DNA of 32,000 nt from an archaeon (GTDB lineage Archaea > Iainarchaeota > Iainarchaeia > Iainarchaeales > 1-14-0-10-31-34): the NCBI GenBank assembly GCA_024277355.1, contig JAJRVL010000004.1, forward strand, positions 300,001-332,000, written 5' to 3'. The position numbers were made by a program, and so were the translations under genes. Of this stretch, positions 8,192 through 14,227 are shown one piece after another; position 1 is the stretch's first letter, and each line of letters begins with the position of its first letter. Below the pieces are notes generated by a model. That model made no database searches. It saw nothing but the letters and a program-made list of their open reading frames with translations, and was not told the origin of the DNA.

Positions 8192-8793
8192 GAATAGAAA
8201 TTTTTATTGACAAAAAGATTCCTGTTGCAGGAGGATTAGGCGGAGGAAGTTCTAATGCAGCAGCAGTAATTAAAGGATTAAACCAGTTATGGAATTTAAA
8301 AATGGAAAAAAAAGAAATGCAAGACATTGCAGAAGAAATCGGAATGGATGTAGCATTCTTTTTGCAAGGAAAAACTGCTTTTGCTTCAGGTAGAGGAGAA
8401 CAAATCAAGCAAATAAATTCTTTTCCTAAAACAAGAATTTTAATCTGCAATCCTGGAATTCCAGTTTCAACAAGAAACGCTTATTCAAATATAAACTATG
8501 AAAAATCAGGCAAAATTTTAGCTTCACAAAAAATGAAACAAGCAATAGAACAAAAAAAAGAAATAAAAGAATTAACTGAATTAATTCACAATGACTTTGA
8601 ATTTTCTGTTTTAAATTCTTTTCCTGAAATAAAAAAACTAAAAGAAGAAATGAAAGAAAATTCTTTTAATGTTTTAATGAGCGGTTCTGGAAGCACGGTT
8701 TTTTGTTTTCCTAAAACAGAAAAAGATTCAAAAGAATTAGCAGAAAAATTAAAACAAAAATATCCGGTTGTAATTGAAACATTTAGTGTTTAA
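8146..8793 (+). CDS. ispE: IspE, C-terminal fragment (GHMP kinase core), in the -1 frame relative to the N-terminal fragment
   Basis: It carries the GHMP motif KKIPVAGGLGGGSSNAAAVIKGLN and a C-terminal MSGSGSTVF. The protein continues smoothly from the upstream fragment if the frame shifts within 8158-8182. Confidence 0.85.
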   Translation: MESSKKIKKNKKIEIGIEIFIDKKIPVAGGLGGGSSNAAAVIKGLNQLWNLKMEKKEMQDIAEEIGMDVAFFLQGKTAFASGRGEQIKQINSFPKTRILICNPGIPVSTRNAYSNINYEKSGKILASQKMKQAIEQKKEIKELTELIHNDFEFSVLNSFPEIKKLKEEMKENSFNVLMSGSGSTVFCFPKTEKDSKELAEKLKQKYPVVIETFSV

Positions 8794-8798
8794 GTTTT

Positions 8799-9056
8799 TT
8801 ATTTGTATATTTTATCATGATGAGCATAATCTTCTAACACAACAGTTTTTCCTTTAATAGAATAAACCAATACAAAACTTTTCAGAATATGAACTCTTCT
8901 TTTATTCTGTAATGGCTTTCTTAAAGGCTTAAATGTGAAAGGATTTTCAAGAATTTGTCTTATTTTATTTTTCACTGCTTTTTCATGCAAAGAATCTTTT
9001 TTTGCTATTTTTTCAAATATTTTATCAACATGCTTTTTTACTTCTAATTTATACAA
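8799..9056 (-). CDS. RelE/ParE-superfamily toxin of a type II toxin-antitoxin pair
   Basis: 85 aa. Its C-terminus RRVHILKSFVLVYSIKGKTVVLEDYAHHDKIY follows the RelE/ParE pattern (R..v..yRiiY.i....v.il.i.hR..iY). It lies 6 nt downstream of a small partner gene. The listed start is TTG. Confidence 0.7.
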   Translation of the reverse strand: MYKLEVKKHVDKIFEKIAKKDSLHEKAVKNKIRQILENPFTFKPLRKPLQNKRRVHILKSFVLVYSIKGKTVVLEDYAHHDKIYK

Positions 9057-9062
9057 TTAAAA

Positions 9063-9305
9063 TCATCTCTTGCGAAGCTTTTCAAAATATTCATCAAGAC
9101 TTTTAACCTTAATTGTTTTTTCCTTCTCAATCATTTTCATTTTCTCAATATAATCAGTTCTTAATTCTGGTTCAAGCAATTCTTTTTCATATTCTTCAGC
9201 CATTTTATTTATTGCCTGGCTTTTATCCTTTAAATCATACTTTGCTTTAACCAGATTTATAACATGATTAGCTTCTTTATTTATTTTCACAATCGCAGTC
9301 GGCAC
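9063..9305 (-). CDS. Putative antitoxin partner of the RelE/ParE toxin
   Basis: 80 aa, charged and helical. It sits immediately upstream of the toxin and on the same strand. It has a GTG start and a tandem-repeat operator-like region directly upstream. Confidence 0.55.
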   Translation of the reverse strand: MPTAIVKINKEANHVINLVKAKYDLKDKSQAINKMAEEYEKELLEPELRTDYIEKMKMIEKEKTIKVKSLDEYFEKLRKR

Positions 9306-9311
9306 ATTATC

Positions 9312-9344
9312 ACCATATTAATACCATATTAACATGATATTAAC
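9312..9344 (-). promoter_or_regulatory. Three tandem 11-bp repeats upstream of the antitoxin start; candidate toxin-antitoxin operator overlapping the TATA region
   Basis: The + strand reads ACCATATTAAT / ACCATATTAAC / ATGATATTAAC at 9312-9322, 9323-9333 and 9334-9344. On the gene strand this is GTTAATATCAT GTTAATATGGT ATTAATATGGT, ending 7 nt before the GTG start. Confidence 0.4.
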
Positions 9345-9416
9345 AAAGCATTAAAAGTCTTTACTTAAAGTAATTTGAAAGAAAATAAAAAGCTTTAGTT
9401 ACGTCAATTGCAGAAA

Positions 9417-10631
9417 TTATTTGCTGTAATGCCCTTCAACATATTCTTCAATTAACTTAATGAATTCTTCAGTTAATTGTTTTGCGTTTCCTTTTAAAAC
9501 TTTAATTTGTTTGCCGTCAGCAAAAACAGGAGCTGCAGGAGTTTCACCTGAACCAGGCAAACTTAAACCAATATTTGCGTTTTTGCTTTCTCCTGGACCA
9601 TTAACAATACAGCCCATTACTGCAACTTCCATTTTTTCTACTCCTTTAACTCCTTTTTTCTTCCATTCAGGAGTTTTTTTCTGTAAAAATTTTTCTACTT
9701 GTTCGGCTATTTCCTGAAATACAGTACTAGTAGTTCTTCCGCATCCAGGACAAGAAGTTATTTCAGGAGTAAAAAACCTTAAACTTAAAGACTGTAAAAT
9801 TTGCTTGCAGATTTTTACTTCTTCTGTTCTGCTTGTGCCTGGAGTAGGAGTTAAAGAAGTTCTGATTGTATCTCCGATTCCTTTTTGTAATAAAACACTT
9901 AATCCGGCAGTTGAATGAATCGCTCCCTTTAATCCTTGTCCTGCTTCAGTTACCCCTAAATGCAATGCATTATCACATCTTTCAGCAAGCAAAGAATAAG
10001 CTTTAATCATATCCTGAACTCTTGAACTTTTAGTTGAAATTACAATTTTTTTATTTTCTAAACCTAATTCAACTGCTTTGTTTTTGCTTTCAATTGCACT
10101 TGTAACTAAAGCATCAATTAAAACATCAGTATTAGCTTTTGAATAATTATTTTTTGCGTTTTCATCCATTAATCTTGCTAAAACATTTTGGTCTAATGAA
10201 CCCCAATTAACTCCAATTCTAACTGGTTTATCATTATCAACTGCAACTTTAACCATTGCTTCAAAATTTGAGTCATGGCTTTCTCCAAAACCTACATTGC
10301 CTGGATTAATTCTGTATTTATCTAATGCCTGAGCACAATCAGGAAATTTAGTTAACAATAAATGACCGTTATAATGAAAGTCTCCAATTAAAGGAACTTC
10401 ATAATTTTCATCTAACAATGCTTTTTTAATTAAAGGAACTGCTTTTGCTCCTGCATCATCTTTTACAGTAAACCTGACTAATTCACTTCCTGCATCAGCT
10501 AACTCTTTTATTTGATTAACAGTAGCTTTAACATCTTCAGTTGGAGTATTAGTCATTGATTGAATTACAACAGGATTATCTCCTCCAATAATTATGTTTC
10601 CAACTTTAACTGCAATACTTTTTCTTCTCAT
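9417..10631 (-). CDS. ispG: 4-hydroxy-3-methylbut-2-en-1-yl diphosphate synthase (IspG/GcpE)
   Basis: It has IGGDNPVVIQSMTNT, RINPGN and the Fe-S motifs SCPGCGRT and GCIVNGPGE. The listed ORF starts at TTG 10652. ATG 10631 (MRRKSIAVKVG) matches the usual N-terminus. Confidence 0.9.
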   Translation of the reverse strand: MRRKSIAVKVGNIIIGGDNPVVIQSMTNTPTEDVKATVNQIKELADAGSELVRFTVKDDAGAKAVPLIKKALLDENYEVPLIGDFHYNGHLLLTKFPDCAQALDKYRINPGNVGFGESHDSNFEAMVKVAVDNDKPVRIGVNWGSLDQNVLARLMDENAKNNYSKANTDVLIDALVTSAIESKNKAVELGLENKKIVISTKSSRVQDMIKAYSLLAERCDNALHLGVTEAGQGLKGAIHSTAGLSVLLQKGIGDTIRTSLTPTPGTSRTEEVKICKQILQSLSLRFFTPEITSCPGCGRTTSTVFQEIAEQVEKFLQKKTPEWKKKGVKGVEKMEVAVMGCIVNGPGESKNANIGLSLPGSGETPAAPVFADGKQIKVLKGNAKQLTEEFIKLIEEYVEGHYSK

Positions 10632-10731
10632 TAAAAAACTAAATAAGAACAAATATTTAAAGAAATTGTATTAAAGAACACCTGAAAAGATTTAAGGAAT
10701 ATTAATAAATTTTACTCTCTTTTTTTATTTC

Positions 10732-11586
10732 ATGCATATTCCTGATGGATTTTTATCAATTGAAATTTCACTTTTATTCTGGATAATTTCTTTTATTGTT
10801 GTTTCATTTTCTTTTAAAAAATTAAAAAAGAATTCAAAAAAAATTATTTTATTTGGTTTAGCAGGAGCAGTAATTTTTCTTGCACAAATGTTTAATTTTC
10901 CTGTTTTAGGAGGCACATCAGGACATTTAATTTTAGGAGGACTGCTTGCATTACTTTTAGGATTTGATTCAGCAGTAATCATAATGGCTTCAGTTTTGTT
11001 TATTCAGTCAGCAGTATTCCATGACGGCGGAATTTTTTCATTAGGGGCAAATGTTTTCAATATGGCGATTATTTCTCCTTTTGCTGCAGTAAAAACAAAA
11101 CAATTAATAAAAAATAATTTTTCTGTTTTAATTGCAGGAATACTTTCAGTTTTAACTGCTGTATTTCTTGTTTCATTGCAGTTGTTTTTTTCAGGAACAA
11201 CAGAATTAATGCCTGTATTAAATTCAATGCTTTTAGTTCATTTAGTAATTGGATTAATTGAAGGAATTTTTTCTTTTTGTGTTTATTATATTTTAATTAA
11301 CAAAAATATTTCATTAAAAATTAATCCAAAAAAAATAATTCTTGCTTCAATAATTATTGGATTAATTATTGTGCCTTTTGCTTCTGCTCTGCCTGATGGA
11401 TTAGAAAAAACAGCAGAAAAACTTGAATTTAATGAACTTGCATTAAATTCAATGACTCCAATAACAGTAATGGCAGACTATTTGTTTCCAGGAATAGAAA
11501 ATGAATTAATTGCAGTTTCTTTAGCCGGCTTTTTTGGTTCAGTAATAGTTTTTTCATTAATTTTTATTTTAATGAAACCAAAATGA
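10732..11586 (+). CDS. cbiM: CbiM/NikM-type ECF Co/Ni transporter substrate component fused to a C-terminal PDGLE domain
   Basis: It has the N-terminal MHIPDGFL signature and multiple TM helices. The C-terminal ALPDGLEKTAEKL is the PDGLE motif, followed by a final TM helix. Confidence 0.8.
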   Translation: MHIPDGFLSIEISLLFWIISFIVVSFSFKKLKKNSKKIILFGLAGAVIFLAQMFNFPVLGGTSGHLILGGLLALLLGFDSAVIIMASVLFIQSAVFHDGGIFSLGANVFNMAIISPFAAVKTKQLIKNNFSVLIAGILSVLTAVFLVSLQLFFSGTTELMPVLNSMLLVHLVIGLIEGIFSFCVYYILINKNISLKINPKKIILASIIIGLIIVPFASALPDGLEKTAEKLEFNELALNSMTPITVMADYLFPGIENELIAVSLAGFFGSVIVFSLIFILMKPK

Positions 11587-12377
11587 TTTTTTATATGCAA
11601 AAAAACAAAACAATACTACTCTTATTTCTTTTAATTTTTTTATCTGCATGCATACAAAATAATAATTCATTTAACTGCGAAAACGGAAAAACTTATTTTG
11701 TTTCAAGAATAATAGATGGAGATACAATTGAAGCAGAAAACAAAAAAATAAGATTAAATGGAATTAATACTCCTGAAAAAAAAGAAGCCTGTTTTAATAA
11801 AGCAAAAGAATTCTTAGAAAAAGAAATTTTAGAAAAAAAAGTTTTAATTAAAGAAAAAGGAACAGACAAATACGGAAGAATTATAGGAAGTGTTTGTGTT
11901 AACGGAAAATCAGTAAACAAAGAATTAATTAAACAAGGCTTAGCCCATTATGCTTTTACTGAATCAGAAGAATTAAAAAAAATACAGGAAAAAGCAATAA
12001 AAGAAAACAAAGGATGCTTATGGAAAAAAGGAACAGACAAATACATTCAGGAAAAATGCATTAAATTAAAAAAACTTGAATTTAATCAGAAAAACTTTAA
12101 CGGAGAGTTTGTTGAATTTTCAAATGACTGCAATTATTCAATTGACTTAAATGGATTTTATTTAAAAGATGAAGCAACACACTTGTATTTTTTTCCTGCA
12201 ATAGAACTGAAAGGAAAATCTTTTGTAAGAGTTTTCTCTGAAAAAGGAATTAATTCAGGAAACGAATTATATTGGGGAAAAGGAAACATCTGGAATAATG
12301 ATTCAGACCAGTTATTTTTAAGAAATGAAAAAGGATTTTTAATTGTTTATTTTGAATACAACAATACTTTAAATTAA
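11583..12377 (+). CDS. Secreted lipoprotein: staphylococcal-type thermonuclease (SNase) fused to a lamin-tail domain (LTD)
   Basis: The signal peptide has an LSAC lipobox. The SNase motifs are IIDGDTIE, IRLNGINTPE, DKYGRIIG and ELIKQGLAH. The LTD-like C-terminus reads EFVEFSNDCNYSIDLNGFYLKD...IWNNDSDQLFLRNEKG. Confidence 0.8.
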   Translation: MIFYMQKNKTILLLFLLIFLSACIQNNNSFNCENGKTYFVSRIIDGDTIEAENKKIRLNGINTPEKKEACFNKAKEFLEKEILEKKVLIKEKGTDKYGRIIGSVCVNGKSVNKELIKQGLAHYAFTESEELKKIQEKAIKENKGCLWKKGTDKYIQEKCIKLKKLEFNQKNFNGEFVEFSNDCNYSIDLNGFYLKDEATHLYFFPAIELKGKSFVRVFSEKGINSGNELYWGKGNIWNNDSDQLFLRNEKGFLIVYFEYNNTLN

Positions 12378-12398
12378 ATTTCCTTTACTATTTTAATA

Positions 12399-13142
12399 AT
12401 GCAGTTAATTTATATTTTTGGAAGCGTTATATTAGTAAGTTTAATTTCTTTAATTGGAGTATTTACTTTAGGATTAAATAAAGAATTCTTAAGCAAAATA
12501 CTGCTTTATTTAGTTAGTTTTTCTGCAGGTTCATTATTTGGAGGAACATTTATTCACTTACTTCCTGAAGCAGTGGAAGAATATGGTTTTGGAACAGAAA
12601 TATCAGTTTTTCTTTTATCCGGAATAGTTGTATTTTTTGTTATAGAAAAAACAATTCACTGGCACCACTGCCACGGCTATCCTTCTGGAAAATGCGAACA
12701 CAAAAGTTTTACTTATATGAATTTAATTGGAGATGGAATACACAACTTTATTGACGGAATGGTAATAGCAGGAAGTTATCTGGCAAACACAACACTAGGA
12801 ATAACAACAACAATAGCAGTACTATTGCACGAAATCCCTCAGGAAATAGGCGATTATGCAGTATTAATTCACGGAGGATTCAGCAAAAAAAAAGCATTAT
12901 TAATGAATTTTCTTTCAGCTTTAACTTCAATACTTGGAGCAGCAACAATAATATTTATTTCAACAACAACAGAAAACATTCTGGCAATACTTCTTCCATT
13001 TACTGCAGGAAGCTTTATTTACATTGCAGGCTCAGATTTAATTCCAGAATTACACAAAGAATATGAATTAAAAAAATCAATCGGATTATTAATTTCATTT
13101 ATTGCAGGAATAACAATAATGTTTTTGCTGACTTTTATATAA
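12399..13142 (+). CDS. ZIP-family (ZupT-like) divalent metal transporter
   Basis: It has 8 predicted TM helices, a His/Cys-rich loop (HWHHCHGYPSGKCEH), HNFIDG and the HEIPQEIGDY signature. Confidence 0.85.
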   Translation: MQLIYIFGSVILVSLISLIGVFTLGLNKEFLSKILLYLVSFSAGSLFGGTFIHLLPEAVEEYGFGTEISVFLLSGIVVFFVIEKTIHWHHCHGYPSGKCEHKSFTYMNLIGDGIHNFIDGMVIAGSYLANTTLGITTTIAVLLHEIPQEIGDYAVLIHGGFSKKKALLMNFLSALTSILGAATIIFISTTTENILAILLPFTAGSFIYIAGSDLIPELHKEYELKKSIGLLISFIAGITIMFLLTFI

Positions 13143-13164
13143 TAAAAAGGTTTAAAAAGACTAT

Positions 13165-13178
13165 TGTACATTTGTACA
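13165..13178 (+). promoter_or_regulatory. Duplicated palindromic hexamer TGTACA-TT-TGTACA between a promoter-like box and the ArsR start; candidate operator
   Basis: TGTACA occurs at 13165-13170 and 13173-13178. A BRE/TATA-like word, AAAAAGGTTTAAAAAG, lies at 13144-13159, and the ATG is at 13182. Confidence 0.35.
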
Positions 13179-13181
13179 CTT

Positions 13182-13433
13182 ATGCAAGTGTTTAAATCTC
13201 TTTCATGCGATTCAAAAGTAAAAATCCTTGAACTTTTGTTAAAAGACAATCACGACTGCAGTAATTCCCTTTCAAAAAAAATTAAGTTGGATCCTTCAAC
13301 TGTTTCTAGACATTTAAAGGAATTAACTAATGCAGGATTAATTAAAATGCAGAAAAAAGGAAAAAGCATTGAATGTGTTGTCTTAAACAAAAAAAAAGTT
13401 TCATTGCTTTTAAAGACTGCAAGAGAGATATAA
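13182..13433 (+). CDS. ArsR/SmtB-family winged-HTH transcriptional regulator
   Basis: KILELLLKDNHDCSNSLSKKIKLDPSTVSRHLKELTNAGLIKMQKKGKSIECV follows the ArsR pattern (stvS.HLk.L..aGLv...k.Gr). The listed ORF begins at TTG 13164 and the first ATG is at 13182. Confidence 0.75.
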   Translation: MQVFKSLSCDSKVKILELLLKDNHDCSNSLSKKIKLDPSTVSRHLKELTNAGLIKMQKKGKSIECVVLNKKKVSLLLKTAREI

Positions 13434-13436
13434 ATA

Positions 13437-13688
13437 ATGCAAAATGAGGCAAATAAAATGAGTGTAATAATTTATTCAACACAAACATGCCCTTATTGTA
13501 ACATGGCTAAAGCTTACTTTAAGGAAAAAGGAGTCGAATTCACAGAATACGACGTAGGACAAGACCAAGAAAAAGCAAAAGAAATGATTGAAAAATCAGG
13601 ACAGCAAGGTGTACCAGTAATTGACATTAACGGAACAATCATCACAGGCTTTGATAAAACAAAAATTGATGAAGCATTAGGGCAATAA
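13437..13688 (+). CDS. Glutaredoxin-like protein (CPYC active site)
   Basis: It has VIIYSTQTCPYCNMAKAYF and GVPVIDINGTIITGFD. An alternative start at ATG 13458 is preceded by TGAGG. Confidence 0.85.
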   Translation: MQNEANKMSVIIYSTQTCPYCNMAKAYFKEKGVEFTEYDVGQDQEKAKEMIEKSGQQGVPVIDINGTIITGFDKTKIDEALGQ

Positions 13689-13782
13689 AAAGCCTTAATT
13701 CTTATTCTTTTTTAAACATTTTCTGAAACTTTTCTTTAATACAAAAAATGTTTTGTTTATTTATGCATTCAAAACAGTTTTT

Positions 13783-13982
13783 GCCCTGGTCGTCTAGTGG
13801 TTAGGATACAGCCCTGTCAATCCACCCTTTCTTTTTAGAAAAAAGAAAGTGTAAGTTGCCTAAAAAAAACTTGTTTGAAATAAAACGGTTTTTTCTTTTT
13901 GGACAACTTGTACTTTTTCTTTTTTCCAAAAAAGAAAAAGGACAGAAAGGCTGTGACTCGGGTTCAAGTCCCGGCCAGGGCG
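13783..13982 (+). tRNA. tRNA-Asp (anticodon GTC) with a ~128-nt intron at 37/38 (intron ~13820-13947)
   Basis: I folded it by hand. The acceptor is GCCCTGG/CCAGGGC and the D arm is GTCT-AGTGGTTA-GGAT. The anticodon stem is CAGCC/GGCTG with loop CTGTCAA. The T arm is TCGGG-TTCAAGT-CCCGG and the discriminator is G. CTGT (13814-17) pairs with ACAG (13942-45), as expected for a bulge-helix-bulge splice motif. Confidence 0.85.
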
Positions 13983-14006
13983 TAAAACTTTTAAAAAAAA
14001 GTTTTA
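13983..14006. repeat. Perfect palindrome TAAAACTTTT-AAAA-AAAAGTTTTA abutting the 3' end of tRNA-Asp
   Basis: A 10-bp stem with a 4-nt loop. It belongs to the AAAACTTTTT/AAAAAGTTTT palindrome family seen elsewhere in the window. Confidence 0.6.
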
Positions 14007-14012
14007 TCAAAA

Positions 14013-14116
14013 CAACTGTTTCGGCAGTTGAGTGCGATATGCTATCTTACGATAGCAGTGCTTGGAATTCGCGGTTGCGTCCGCGAGCAACGCGTGCTAT
14101 CTAAAGATAGCACTGC
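14013..14116 (+). ncRNA. Candidate structured small RNA of unknown class, or alternatively a pair of palindromic protein-binding sites; strand not established
   Basis: G+C is about 51% (53/104 by hand count) in a strongly AT-rich window. There are four consecutive perfect hairpins and a 22-nt module repeated 55 nt apart. A promoter-like AAAAGTTTTATCAAAA lies just upstream. I recognised no tRNA features and no C/D or H/ACA boxes. Confidence 0.35.
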
Positions 14117-14165
14117 AATAAACTCTCACTATTTAGACAAAAAATCACGCCAACAATAAATTAAT

Positions 14166-14179
14166 AAAAAGTTTATATG
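14166..14179 (+). promoter_or_regulatory. BRE/TATA-like box AAAAAGTTTATATG upstream of the AdoMetDC-spermidine synthase gene
   Basis: It lies about 50 nt upstream of ATG 14228. The same word recurs upstream of other genes: 31693-31710, 21432-21448, and 30190-30205 on the minus strand. Confidence 0.4.
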
Positions 14180-14227
14180 CGAATATTATGTTCATTCTGA
14201 TTTTACAGAATTGACTAAGGGATTAAA

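Noticed and set aside
8106-8450. The minus-strand 114-aa ORF across the ispE junction. The other antisense ORFs in the track fall in the same category: 769, 4182, 4252, 4902, 9460, 10725, 11693, 13019, 14215, 17359, 17765, 19388, 20035, 20323, 21048, 22649, 23389, 24444, 24451, 25380 and 30522.
   Set aside because: Each lies fully inside a longer opposite-strand ORF that carries clear family motifs. In this AT-rich, purine-skewed genome, long antisense ORFs arise by chance.
10653-10731. A cobalamin or NiCo riboswitch upstream of cbiM.
   Set aside because: The 79-nt leader is almost entirely A/T. It has no G+C-rich helices or conserved riboswitch core that I could recognise.
14040-14116. A possible mini-CRISPR array: two 22-nt palindromic repeats separated by ~33 nt.
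   Set aside because: There are only two copies, and they differ at 3 of 22 positions. At 22 nt the repeat is shorter than typical CRISPR repeats. I saw no third repeat on either side and no cas genes in the window.
14055-14116. A possible tRNA or split-tRNA half: GCAGTGC...GCACTGC could form a 7-bp acceptor-like helix.
   Set aside because: The enclosed segment is only 48 nt. It has no D-loop (no AGTGG / GG motif) and no T-loop (the hairpin loop is TTGCGT, 6 nt, not TTCRANY, 7 nt). No anticodon arm can be drawn.
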